Of a DNA stretch of 64,000 nt, positions 47,335 through 57,593 are shown piece after piece. How positions within the stretch are numbered: position 1 is the first letter of the stretch; every line of letters begins with the position of its first letter. The translations under genes were made by a program, and so were the position numbers. The DNA comes from Minisyncoccota bacterium (GTDB lineage: Bacteria; Patescibacteriota; Minisyncoccia; Phycocordibacterales; CAJBRS01), in assembly GCA_035652395.1 (NCBI GenBank), contig DASRDX010000009.1, positions 144,411-208,410 on the forward strand, given 5' to 3'. The notes under the pieces were generated by a model. That model did not search any database, was not told where the DNA came from, and worked only from the letters and a program-made list of their open reading frames with translations.

Positions 47335-49942
47335 AATGGCCAAAAACGATAAAAAAACTGAAGACAAAATAATTGTTAAGGGCGCGCGTACCCATAATTT
47401 AAAGAATATTACGGTAGAAATGCCACGCAACAAGATGATTGCTATTACCGGCCTTTCCGGCTCCGGTAAGTCGTCTTTGGCCTTCGACACTATATTTGCA
47501 GAGGGCCAAAGACGCTATGTTGAGTCGCTTTCTTCCTATGCCCGACAATTCCTGCGTCAGATGCAGAAACCGGACGTGGATGAAATTATCGGTCTTTCAC
47601 CGGCTATCTCGATCGATCAGAAGTCGCGCTCAAATAATCCGCGCTCAACGGTGGCAACTATTACGGAGATTTACGATTATTTGCGTATTTTGTATGCGAG
47701 GATCGGTCGGCCCCACTGTTTAGTTTGCGGGCGGGAAATCAAGAAGCTTTCAAAGGAGGAAATTCTGGAAACTATTTTCAATACGGTTAGCAAAATCGAT
47801 ACTTCCAAATCGGAAAAGAAAGTAATGGGGGTGGCCTATAACGATCTGAAATTTACCATTATGGCCCCGCTTATTGTCGGCCGAAAGGGCGAGTATTATC
47901 AGCTTCTTTATGATCTTTTGGGAAAAGGCTACGAGCGAGTGCGGGTGGACGGTCAGATGAAGAATCTCCGAGACCAGATTATTTTGTCAAAAAATAAAAA
48001 GCACGACATCGATGTGGTGGTGGATGAATTCTTCATTTCAGAAATGCACTCCAAAGACAAGCAGGTTGCTACCAGTTTTAACGAGCGCCTGAATGAAGCC
48101 ATAGAAAGAGCGCTTGAAGAATCTGACGGCCTGCTTCGCATTCAGGCTCTTGGAGAAGATTATTTGATTTCTTCCAAATTCATGTGTCCTTTTGACGGCT
48201 TCTCTTTTCCCGAGATCGAACCGCGACTTTTTTCTTTTAATTCACCTTACGGGGCTTGTCCGGAATGTAACGGCCTCGGTACTCGTTATTTCTTTAGCAA
48301 TGAGCCTTGTCCGGTTTGCCACGGAGCTCGTCTTCGTCCAGAGGCTCTGCATGTCTTTTTGAGCGAACGAAAAATTAATATTGTAAAGCTCACGGAAATG
48401 TCGATTAAAGACGCTCTGAATTTCTTCAGTCATCTGAAACTTTCCGCCAAGGAGAAAGAAATCTCGAAAGTTGTAGTGAAAGAAATTGAGGCCCGCTTGA
48501 ATTTCATGAATGATGTTGGAATCGATTACCTGACTTTGGATCGCAAGGCCAACACTCTTTCCGGAGGCGAGGCTCAACGAATCCGCCTCGCCTCCCAACT
48601 GGGCTCGGGCCTGGTCGGCGCTTTATACGTACTGGACGAGCCGACCATCGGCCTTCATCAGCGGGATAATGATCGCCTAATAAAAACCCTGCTCAATCTC
48701 CGCGATACTGGCAACACCATTGTAGTGGTGGAACACGACGAAGATACTATCTACTCCGCTGATTACATTGTGGATATTGGGCCGGGCGCCGGGGTGCATG
48801 GCGGTCACGTTGTCGTTTCAGGTTATTTAGACGAGTTATTGACGGCCAAAACTAACAAGAGCGGTTCCTTGACTCTCGATTATCTTCGAGAAGAAATTAA
48901 GATTGAAATTCCGGAAAATCGACGAACGGCCGAGAAGGGCAAGATTTCCATTAGAGGTGGGCATGTTTTCAATATCAAAAATCTGAACGTGGATATTCCG
49001 CTCGGCAAACTCATTATGATCACTGGCGTCTCCGGTTCGGGTAAATCATCCTTCATGTATGAAATCGTTTATGAAAATCTGCGGGCCCGACTTGATCGAA
49101 AATATCGCTCGGCCAAAACTTTCAATGCCGCCAGTTTTACCGGTACGGAATATTTGGGTCGCGCCATTTTAATCGATCAGTCAGCTATCGGCCGTACCCC
49201 TCGGTCCAATCCGGCAACGTACACCGGCGCTTTCACTCACATTAGAGATATGTTCGCCACCACTCCTGAAGCTCGGGCCCGAGGTTGGAAAGCCAATCGG
49301 TTTTCTTTCAACGTCAAAGGCGGCCGATGCGAGACTTGTCAGGGTAATGGTCTCATTGAAGTGGAAATGCATTTCCTACCAACCGTTTACGTTACTTGTG
49401 ATGTTTGCAACGGCAAACGCTTCATGAAAGAGACTTTGGAAGTGAAGTATAAAAAGAAAAATATTTACGACGTGCTCGAAATGACGGTGGAAGAAGCCTT
49501 GAAATTTTTTGAAGATATTCCATCTATTTACGATCGTCTGCATACTTTGGATGAAGTGGGGCTCGGATATTTAAAACTGGGGCAATCGGCTACTACTCTT
49601 TCCGGTGGTGAAGCTCAGCGAGTGAAGATTTCAGCCGAGCTATACCGACCGCATTTACAGAAGACGATTTATCTTTTAGACGAGCCAACGATCGGGCTGC
49701 ATTACGAAGATGTTAAGAAACTGATTCAGATTCTGCAGAAGTTGGTGGAGCGGGGTAATACTGTCATGGTCATTGAGCACAACATGGACATGATTAAATC
49801 ATCCGACTATATAATTGATATTGGACCGGAAGGGGGAGATGGTGGTGGATCACTGGTCGCCAAAGGCACGCCCGAAGAGGTGGCGAATAATGATAAGAGC
49901 TATACCGGGGAATATTTAAAAAAGGTTTTGAAGAAAAAATAA
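47335..49942 (+). CDS. uvrA: excinuclease ABC subunit A (ORF opens at 47267; start assigned to MAKNDKK)
   Basis: Two ABC modules (GLSGSGKSSLAFDTI; GVSGSGKSS), LSGGEAQR repeated twice, Cys4 zinc fingers; -10/-35 candidates (tttaca...tataat) at 47237-47268. Confidence 0.93.
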
Positions 49943-50194
49943 CAGCTCGATCCGTGAAGAACGAGCTGTTATGAGCACTTTGTTTATTTGCTTAGAGCTT
50001 CTCGATGAAGTCGGTGCATGTGACAACAAAAAAGGAAGATTGCTACCCCCACCATCCCGGCAGCATGCCAATTTTGGGTTAAATCCCACGTTGCCAAACC
50101 TCCAGCGAGACTTGATCCGAAAGCATATAGGAATTTCATAAGTATCACCTCCTGAATTATAATATAACAAATTTCAGAAATGTCAATGCTTTTG

Positions 50195-50245
50195 GCAAAT
50201 AAAGGAAAATTACAAAATAAAAAGCGAAAATCATTTGACTTTCGC
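50195..50245 (-). terminator. minus-strand terminator: gcgaaa...tttcgc hairpin followed by a TTTTATTTTGTAATTTTCC run on minus
   Basis: 6-bp stem overlapping the stop of minus ORF 50231..50509, with a T-rich tract downstream on the minus strand. Confidence 0.4.
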
Positions 50246-50509
50246 CTGAATATCCAGAAGTGGACAACGCAGAACAGCTTTCTGAAAATTAATTGAAGGG
50301 TGCCTTTTTTTGAGGTTCCTCATTCGCTGAATCCAAATCTCAGTAGCTTTTCGGCTTTCCTCAGAGTGATGGCTAAGTCGAAGGGTTTGAAAAGGGAAGC
50401 CGATCTCTGCTATTCTTTTGGTCACTTTACGACCTCTTTGAATGGAAGTTTCTTTAGATAGTGGCATACAATTCCAATGAAACGTTATAGTATTTAAATA
50501 ATATGTCAA
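50231..50509 (-). CDS. hypothetical small basic protein (92 aa) antisense between uvrA and uvrC; possible gene remnant
   Basis: The ORF ends exactly at a minus-strand terminator; no family recognised. Confidence 0.3.
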   Translation of the reverse strand: MTYYLNTITFHWNCMPLSKETSIQRGRKVTKRIAEIGFPFQTLRLSHHSEESRKATEIWIQRMRNLKKRHPSINFQKAVLRCPLLDIQAKVK

Positions 50510-51792
50510 TTACTTTAGAGCAATTAAAAAAACTTCCCGATGAACCTGGTGTTTATTTTTTTAAACGTGGAAAGGAAATTCTTTATATCGGCAAAGCTAC
50601 CTCACTTCGAGATCGGGTCAGAAGTTATCTAGGCAAAGATCTCCGCCAAACCCGAGGTCTTTTAATTGCCGATATGATGGAAAAAGTTGATGACGTTGAT
50701 TTCTGTAAGACGGATTCAGTTTTGGACGCTCTGATTTTGGAAGGCAATCTGATTCAGAAGCACCAGCCGTACTACAACACTGATGCTAAGGATAATAAAA
50801 GCTACAATTATGTGATTATCACCAAGGAAGATTTTCCGCGAATACGGCTGGTGAGAGAGCATTCTTTTCATGTTAATCCGGAATATGCGCTGGGAGATTT
50901 GGAGGCTAAATACGTTTTCGGACCATATCCTCATGGTTTGCAATTGAAGGAGGCGATGAAGATTGTGCGGCGAATTTTTCCATATCGGGATGATAAATGC
51001 GTCCCTGCCTCCGTCCAACTACGGCAAGGCAAGCCCGCGCCTCGACCGTGTTTCAATCGCCAGATCGGTCTTTGTCCGGGTGTCTGCACAGGCGAAGTTA
51101 ATAAAAAGGATTACGCCCGCACCATTAATCATTTGAGGCTCTTTTTCCAAGGCAAAAAGGGCCAGTTAATTAAACAATTAGAAAAAGACATGAAGCTCTA
51201 TGCCAAATGTCAGGAATTTGAGCGGGCCAATCAAATTAAGCGAACCATTTACGCTCTTAGCCACATTCAGGATGTTTCTCTCATTAAGGCGCCTCGGGAT
51301 GTTGAGGATGTTGTTTATGAAAGACCTTTTCGGATGGAAGCCTATGATATCGCGCATATGGGCGGTAAGAATACCACCGGCGTAATGGTAGTTTCAGAAG
51401 ATCGTGAGATTAAAAAAGCCGATTATCGAATGTTCCGGATTCGCGGCAATAAAGGTGTGAATGATATTGCCGCTCTAACCGAAACCATGGAAAGGCGTTT
51501 AAATCATCCTGAATGGCTTTGGCCTGACGTTATTGTCTTGGATGGCAGCACGGCTCAATTGAATGCCGCCGAGGCCGTCTTAGAGAAAGTAAAAAATAGG
51601 GAAGAGAATCCGCTAGATTATCCGGTTAAATTGGTGGCGGTCGTCAAGGACGACCGCCACCAACCCGAAAGAATCATTGGTGACGAAAAAATCGCTCGGG
51701 AATATGAAAAAGAAATCTTACTCCTAAATAGCGAGGCTCATCGCTTCACTATCAAATACCACAAGAAACTGCGCCGGAAATCATTTTTATAA
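50503..51792 (+). CDS. uvrC: excinuclease ABC subunit C (short form, 429 aa)
   Basis: GIY-YIG motif LPDEPGVYFFKRGKEILYIGKATSLRDRVRSY; UVR and RNaseH-like regions; the C-terminal HhH domain is absent. Confidence 0.88.
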   Translation: MSITLEQLKKLPDEPGVYFFKRGKEILYIGKATSLRDRVRSYLGKDLRQTRGLLIADMMEKVDDVDFCKTDSVLDALILEGNLIQKHQPYYNTDAKDNKSYNYVIITKEDFPRIRLVREHSFHVNPEYALGDLEAKYVFGPYPHGLQLKEAMKIVRRIFPYRDDKCVPASVQLRQGKPAPRPCFNRQIGLCPGVCTGEVNKKDYARTINHLRLFFQGKKGQLIKQLEKDMKLYAKCQEFERANQIKRTIYALSHIQDVSLIKAPRDVEDVVYERPFRMEAYDIAHMGGKNTTGVMVVSEDREIKKADYRMFRIRGNKGVNDIAALTETMERRLNHPEWLWPDVIVLDGSTAQLNAAEAVLEKVKNREENPLDYPVKLVAVVKDDRHQPERIIGDEKIAREYEKEILLLNSEAHRFTIKYHKKLRRKSFL

Positions 51793-52065
51793 AAAGTTGA
51801 CATCTTACCAAAGATTGAATTATGCTAGTGATTGGACAAGTGCAGATCAGCATGCGGCAGGCGTCTCGTCAGTCAGTCGAGGCACGAGCGCCTGCCGTCG
51901 AATTTCGGTATGGAGTGGGGGATTGAAGGATACTCGGGAAAGTGTTTTCATCTCCCACTCCTCAATTTTAAAGTTCTCCTCCTATCATTCCTCCGGGAAT
52001 GAAGGTCATAGACGGTGACGTGCCTGCCGGCGTCACCGTTTTTCTTTTAGTGATATAATTTCTTC

Positions 52066-53040
52066 ATGGCAAAAATAAAAGTCGGAGTCCTGCGCGGTGG
52101 CCCGTCATCGGAATACGATGTATCACTCCAAACCGGATCAAACGTTCTAAAAAGCCTGCCTGAAAAGTACCAAGGCGTGGATATTTTTGTAGACAAGGAC
52201 GGAACTTGGCATATTGACGGCTTGAGCCACGATCCGACGGACACTTTAAAAAAAGTAGACGTAATTTTCAACGCCATGCACGGGGAATACGGGGAAGACG
52301 GGAAGGTTCAACAGATTTTAGATATTCATAACGTCCCATATACCGGCTCTCAAACGCTGCCGGCCGCCCTGGCCATGAATAAGGCACGGGCGAAATACAT
52401 CTATAATCAGCACGGATTAAAAACCCCTCATTTTTTAATTCTCAAAATCTCTCCAGATGAAAATCTAGAAGAGCTAGCGCTGACTGTTTTTCGGAGCTTC
52501 CCGATGCCTCTCATTATTAAACCGGTCGGAGCCGGTTCCTCCGTCGGTGTCTCATTAGTCAAAAGTTTTGACGACCTTTATAACGGCTTAGCAAAAGCGG
52601 CCGATAAATTTTCCGATTTGTTAATCGAAGAATATATTTCCGGCAAGGAAGCGACAGTCGGAGTAATTGATAATTTTCGTCGCAAAGATTCCTATTCTCT
52701 GCCGGTAATTGAAATTCGGCCGCCGCAAGATAAATCATTCTTTGATTTGGAAGCCAAATATAGCGGTAAATCAGAAGAAATTTGCCCGGGAAATTTTAGT
52801 TATGATGAGAAAAATGAATTGGAGCGGCAAGCCATCTTAGCTCACCAGTCTCTCGGCCTTCGACATTACTCTCGTTCGGATTTTATTGTTCATCCGCGCC
52901 GGGGTATCTATATTTTAGAGACTAATACTTTGCCTGGCTTAACTAGTGAATCTCTTTTCCCCAAAGCCCTGCGAACTGTCGGATCGGATTTACCGGAATT
53001 TTTGGAACATGTGATTGGTCTTGCAATGAACAGAAAGTAG
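52066..53040 (+). CDS. ddl: D-alanine--D-alanine ligase
   Basis: MAKIKVGVLRGGPSSEYDVSLQTG N-terminus, ATP-grasp motifs, C-terminal ETNTLPGLT. Confidence 0.88.
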   Translation: MAKIKVGVLRGGPSSEYDVSLQTGSNVLKSLPEKYQGVDIFVDKDGTWHIDGLSHDPTDTLKKVDVIFNAMHGEYGEDGKVQQILDIHNVPYTGSQTLPAALAMNKARAKYIYNQHGLKTPHFLILKISPDENLEELALTVFRSFPMPLIIKPVGAGSSVGVSLVKSFDDLYNGLAKAADKFSDLLIEEYISGKEATVGVIDNFRRKDSYSLPVIEIRPPQDKSFFDLEAKYSGKSEEICPGNFSYDEKNELERQAILAHQSLGLRHYSRSDFIVHPRRGIYILETNTLPGLTSESLFPKALRTVGSDLPEFLEHVIGLAMNRK

Positions 53041-53068
53041 TCTAATATTTGAACTGGAAAGTTCAATT

Positions 53069-53413
53069 ATGGCTAATAAACACGAATCTAAAAGGGCTTC
53101 AAAAAAGCACCGTGGCAGAACTATTCCCGGTTGTCCTTGTGGTAAAGAAGAAGGCTGTGGCTTTTGCCAAGTTAAAGGACCGATACCAAAGTGGTCTGGC
53201 GATATCGCTCCAGAAACGGAGACGGATAAATCAGCCAGTTCAGATGGTTTACTAATCGGAAAACCACACGATGATCCCGAATGCTCCTGCAGTGAATGTT
53301 TGGAGTGGGTAGTTTCCAAGTCAGATTTGTCACGAGAAGCAGCTAATCGCTCGGCTGAATATGACAGGAGAGCCGAGCAAGCACTTGAGGAAGGTCTGCG
53401 GAAAATTCCTTAA
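53069..53413 (+). CDS. hypothetical Cys-rich (zinc-ribbon-like) protein
   Basis: GCPCGKEEGCGFCQ and DPECSCSEC motifs; 114 aa. Confidence 0.5.
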   Translation: MANKHESKRASKKHRGRTIPGCPCGKEEGCGFCQVKGPIPKWSGDIAPETETDKSASSDGLLIGKPHDDPECSCSECLEWVVSKSDLSREAANRSAEYDRRAEQALEEGLRKIP

Positions 53414-53512
53414 GCTGACGTCTCTGAGAAGAGGCGTTTTTATTTTAATAACAGACTATAAAATGAAATGGAAATTGATTTTTTGCCTCAGGTTTTATAT
53501 TCTTCTTTTACT

Positions 53513-53585
53513 GGGCCCGTAGCTCATTTGGTAGAGCACCTCATTTGCACTGAGGGGGTGGGGGGTTCGAATCCTCTCGGGTCCA
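53513..53585 (+). tRNA. tRNA-Ala (anticodon UGC) with the G3:U70 identity pair
   Basis: GGGCCCGTAGCTCATTTGGTAGAGCACCTCATTTGCACTGAGGGGGTGGGGGGTTCGAATCCTCTCGGGTCCA. Anticodon loop TTTGCAC; T-loop TTCGAAT; G3-U70 wobble; CCA is not encoded. Confidence 0.9.
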
Positions 53586-53691
53586 CAAGAGAAGAGTTGA
53601 TATGTTCCGATAACTCAAAACCCTTAAAGGTAGAGCCAAATTAGCATTTCCAAAACCCGTCCCTCTTATGTGAACAAAGATTTCTTGAAAA

Positions 53692-55179
53692 TTGTGGGAG
53701 AATTTTCATTTAATTATGCATATTAAAGAAATCAAAAACATATCTCGTCCTGCTTATCTAGGAGGAAATCATTGGGACGTCAGCAAACTAAAGCCTCTTA
53801 CTTTTTTGATGGGCAAGAATGGCTGTGGTAAAACCACTTTATTAAACAGTCTAGTTCAAAAGTTACGAAGTAAGGTGGTGCAATCAAATGATCTGGAGAT
53901 TATTTTCAATGAAACGGTTGCCAACTCCATTTCAATTGATGTTTCAAAAATTACCGCTGAAAGAGGGGGGAATTATAGATTAGAAGGTAATGTAGCGACA
54001 AATATTGCAGCAAATGATAACTTTGTTTTTGAGAGTCAAATACAGCGATTCTCTCAAAACTTTAGAGAGCAGGTAGCTTCAAGATACGAACGACTGTTGG
54101 CCAATCTCGCGAGCGATGATAAAGAAGGAGATGATAGACCTCAACTAAAGATTGATAAAATTATAGAGGCACTTAATACAATTGTTCCTAAAAAATATTC
54201 GGTCATCAGAAAGAGAACAAATTTATCCGTAATAGGAAAAGAAAGTAAGGCAGAGATTGATTTTGCTTCTCTCAGTAGTGGCGAAATTGAAATATTTACG
54301 CTTGCCTTAGATTGTTTAATTACGGCTAACTGGAATAGAGCTGAAAACCAACACAAAATTCTTGTTATTGATGAGCCTGATGTTCACATACATCCAGATT
54401 TACAAATTCAATTTCTAAAATTTATCTATAAATTAGTAGAAATATATGGAATCCAAGTCATAATAGGCACCCATAGCACAACTTTCGTGGCCAATATCAA
54501 AGATAATGAAACTGCAATAATCTGGATGCATGAAGATGCAACAGAATTAAGAGGAGAGAGTAAGCGCGAAACCATCAAAGATATGGCAGAAATAATGGGA
54601 AGTAATTTTGCACTGCAACTTCTCATTAATCATAAGATTTTATTAGTTGAAGGTATGGATGACGAGGAAGTGTGGATGCAAGCCATTAAATCATCGGATG
54701 GAAAGGTCCATGCGTATGTGCACGAATGCAAAAGTAATTCAGAAATGAAAAAGATAGAAAACGGTATAGAAAAATTGCTTAAGTCATTATGTGATGAGTC
54801 TGAGAATACTTATGTGGTAATTTCTCTCCGAGATAAGGATCGGGGCGAATCTGAGATTGATGACAGAAAATATGTCCGCCGCTTTAAGACAAAATGTCAT
54901 GAATTGGAAAATTGTATTCTGTCAGACAACTATTTAGCTAAATATTCCAAGACTGTGGCAGAAATATATACTGGAGATAGGCTCAATGATGATATTAAAG
55001 AGAGAGTGGATGAGCTAAATGAATCAATAACTGGAGATAAAAAGTGGTGGAGAAAAAATACAGGACAACTAATTGGTCAAATAATAAAAGATAATAAGAT
55101 TGATAGCGAGTCGGGAAATCCTACAAGTATTGTAAATTTTATTGGAATTGACTTATTAAAAGCATTGATTTCGGAATGA
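53692..55179 (+). CDS. OLD-family nuclease (N-terminal ABC-type ATPase plus C-terminal Toprim), stand-alone class-1 type
   Basis: Walker A LMGKNGCGKTTLLNSL, Walker B ILVIDEPDVHIHP, H-loop IIGTHSTTFV. Toprim motifs: ILLVEGMDDEEVW (Glu), ISLRDKDRG (DxD), CHELENCIL. Confidence 0.65.
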   Translation: MWENFHLIMHIKEIKNISRPAYLGGNHWDVSKLKPLTFLMGKNGCGKTTLLNSLVQKLRSKVVQSNDLEIIFNETVANSISIDVSKITAERGGNYRLEGNVATNIAANDNFVFESQIQRFSQNFREQVASRYERLLANLASDDKEGDDRPQLKIDKIIEALNTIVPKKYSVIRKRTNLSVIGKESKAEIDFASLSSGEIEIFTLALDCLITANWNRAENQHKILVIDEPDVHIHPDLQIQFLKFIYKLVEIYGIQVIIGTHSTTFVANIKDNETAIIWMHEDATELRGESKRETIKDMAEIMGSNFALQLLINHKILLVEGMDDEEVWMQAIKSSDGKVHAYVHECKSNSEMKKIENGIEKLLKSLCDESENTYVVISLRDKDRGESEIDDRKYVRRFKTKCHELENCILSDNYLAKYSKTVAEIYTGDRLNDDIKERVDELNESITGDKKWWRKNTGQLIGQIIKDNKIDSESGNPTSIVNFIGIDLLKALISE

Positions 55180-55275
55180 TATTTCCTGACTGATTTCAAT
55201 TCAGTCTCACTTGGGTCAGTAATTGGTTCCAACTTTTTGATATAATGTCCACATTAGATTATCGTTCTATTTTAT

Positions 55276-55626
55276 ATGTCTTCCATCTTAAAAAGCTTTG
55301 CCTATGCCTTCAAAGGTTTTAAATTTGTCTGGAAGGAAGAAAGAAATTTTAGGGTTGAGGTGGGAGTGGCGGCCGTCGCTTTAGCGACGGCCGCCATTCT
55401 CCACTTTTCTTATCTTGAGTTTGCCATAATTATTCTTACCATCTTTCTGGTTCTAGCAGCTGAAGCTATCAATACCATTTTAGAAGACGCTCTTAACAAA
55501 CTGGAACCGAAATACGATCCGATCATCGGTAAAATAAAAGATATTTGCGCCTTCTTTGTGCTATTAACGGTGATTGCAGCCATTTTGGTTGGCGCGATTC
55601 TTTTATTTCACCACCTTAACTTTTAA
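55276..55626 (+). CDS. dgkA: diacylglycerol kinase (DgkA/undecaprenol kinase) family membrane protein
   Basis: 116 aa, 3 TM segments; EERNFRVE...LVLAAEAINTILEDALN matches the DgkA catalytic motif. Confidence 0.6.
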   Translation: MSSILKSFAYAFKGFKFVWKEERNFRVEVGVAAVALATAAILHFSYLEFAIIILTIFLVLAAEAINTILEDALNKLEPKYDPIIGKIKDICAFFVLLTVIAAILVGAILLFHHLNF

Positions 55627-56461
55627 GACTAAAGTACTGCTTAATTTTGGCCACATGCTCGGCGTACGTGGCTGAACAATGGATCTGACGGTTGGCGTCA
55701 TGGAAATAAAATATGCAATCGGTAGCCTGAGGATTATAAGCTGCTTGAATGGCAGCCAAACTTGGGTTTGAAATGGCCGACGGCGGAAGGCCTTCATTTT
55801 TATAAGTGTTGTAAGGCGAATTAATTTTCTTATCGGCCGGTACAACCTGGGGCCACCAGCCATTCTGACTATTGCCTTTAGCATATTGCAAAGTAGCATC
55901 CATATCCAATTCCATGCCCTCAAAAAGGCGATTCCAGATAATTCCCGAAATCAATTTCATATCCTGCGGACCGGCTGCTTCCCGTTGAATGATTGAGGCG
56001 ATTTTAACGGCTGTATCGACGTTGATAATTTTCTTATTTGACTTGCTGGCTTGCGGGGCCACTACCTGATTGAATTTACTTATCATTTTTTGGCTAACTG
56101 AAGTGCCGGTCTCGCCGAGGGAAACTAGGTAAGTATCAGGATAATAGTACCCTTCAAAATTATGACTACTTGAAGTATTGCCAGCAGCCAAAAAAGCTGA
56201 TTTTTCTGAGGCATTCCAAGCCAAAGCATTGCCATAAATGTCGGCAATTTGTTCTTTGCGCAGGCCGGCGCTGATATGAACGACCCGGACGTACGGATTA
56301 GCCAGATTCTGATAGGTTTCGAAAAAGCTCGCGCCATTAAATAAAAAGTAGGAGACGCGAGCGACCAAAAGAATCAATAAAAGAACGCCAATACCCAAAG
56401 CTATTGGCTTTTTAACAAGAGTTTTCTTCCTGTTTCTTTGTTGAGGGGATTTTTTTGGCAA
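55616..56461 (-). CDS. mltG: endolytic murein transglycosylase MltG (YceG-like)
   Basis: N-terminal TM segment; YceG-like domain YYYPDTYLV. Confidence 0.75.
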   Translation of the reverse strand: MPKKSPQQRNRKKTLVKKPIALGIGVLLLILLVARVSYFLFNGASFFETYQNLANPYVRVVHISAGLRKEQIADIYGNALAWNASEKSAFLAAGNTSSSHNFEGYYYPDTYLVSLGETGTSVSQKMISKFNQVVAPQASKSNKKIINVDTAVKIASIIQREAAGPQDMKLISGIIWNRLFEGMELDMDATLQYAKGNSQNGWWPQVVPADKKINSPYNTYKNEGLPPSAISNPSLAAIQAAYNPQATDCIFYFHDANRQIHCSATYAEHVAKIKQYFSLKS

Positions 56462-56503
56462 TTTTCCTTATAGTATATAATAAGAAAGTCTCCTTAAGAA
56501 ATT

Positions 56504-57001
56504 ATGGCCGCCCCAATTAGTCAGACTCGTAAAAACTTTCCCATTAGTCGCTTACTGATCTTTAAGCGGGTAGTCCAAGCTACCTTGCTTCTGGTAATTC
56601 TCTTAATTGTCCTTTATTTTTCGGGTATTTTAGCCCTTGATTTCGATATTAACCTGACGGCCGAGATAATTGGAGGGCTGATTGTTCTCATTTTCCTGGT
56701 GGCCTTCTTTTACGAAAAGGCTTATTTTAGCTCTTATTTTTACGATTTGACGGCCGACTACGTCATCATCAAAAAAGACCCGATTTTTCCTCGGGAAATC
56801 ACCGTGCCATATGACCGAATTACTTCAGTAACCATTGACCGCGATATTTTTGACCTATTGCTCGGAATTTGGGATCTTCACATCAATACCAACAATTCAG
56901 CTCTTCTTGGCATGGAACCGCACATTGAAGGTTTAAGAAGAGAGGCTGCCAACGGCTTGCAGGGGGTTTTAATGGCTCAAATAAAGGATCAAAAGAAATA
57001 A
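56504..57001 (+). CDS. membrane protein with bacterial PH (bPH_2/DUF304)-like domain
   Basis: Two TM segments, then YFYDLTADYVIIKKDPIFPREITVPYDRITSVTI. Confidence 0.5.
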   Translation: MAAPISQTRKNFPISRLLIFKRVVQATLLLVILLIVLYFSGILALDFDINLTAEIIGGLIVLIFLVAFFYEKAYFSSYFYDLTADYVIIKKDPIFPREITVPYDRITSVTIDRDIFDLLLGIWDLHINTNNSALLGMEPHIEGLRREAANGLQGVLMAQIKDQKK

Positions 57002-57050
57002 CATCACGGGAATTCTTTGTAAGAAAACCCATCAGTTTACGTCTGTAGAT

Positions 57051-57593
57051 ATGGTCAAAAAATTAAAACGCGAGGAATTTATGGAAGCTTACAATCTCTA
57101 TGGAGATGCAATCTTTCGATACTGCTTCTATAAAACCTCGAATAGAGAAAAGGCTTTGGATTTAGTGCAGGACACGTTTGTCAAAACGTGGGAATACATT
57201 GGAAGAGGGAAGGATATCGGCAACCTCAAAGCTTTTTTATATAAAACTGCCAACAATCTCATTATCGACTGGTTTCGAAAAAAGAAAATGGTTTCACTCG
57301 ATGAGCTTGAGGAAGCAGGTTTTGATCCTGGCTTTGACCGCCGCGAACGCCTCTTTGATCATATGGACGGAGCCATTGCCCTGAAGGCGGTAGAATCGAT
57401 CGAACCGATTTATCGCGACGTTATCATGATGAGATACGTGGAAGAATTATCAATAAAAGAAATTGCCGAAGTCTTAAAGGAGAAAGAAAATAATATTTCC
57501 GTTCGATTACATCGCGGAATGGAAAAATTAAGAAATATATTAAGCGAAGAGGAACGACATACGCAAGAAAACCAAAATGCCCAACCAATTTAA
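57051..57593 (+). CDS. ECF-type RNA polymerase sigma factor
   Basis: Region 2 DLVQDTFVKTWEY; region 4 LSIKEIAEVLKEKENNISVRLHRGMEKLR. Confidence 0.8.
   Translation: MVKKLKREEFMEAYNLYGDAIFRYCFYKTSNREKALDLVQDTFVKTWEYIGRGKDIGNLKAFLYKTANNLIIDWFRKKKMVSLDELEEAGFDPGFDRRERLFDHMDGAIALKAVESIEPIYRDVIMMRYVEELSIKEIAEVLKEKENNISVRLHRGMEKLRNILSEEERHTQENQNAQPI

Noticed and set aside
51797-52018. ORF 51797..52018 (+) between uvrC and ddl
   Set aside because: The 73-aa product is Ser/Arg-rich and random-looking. The region more likely holds the ddl promoter; a TGaTATAAT box lies at 52040-52051.
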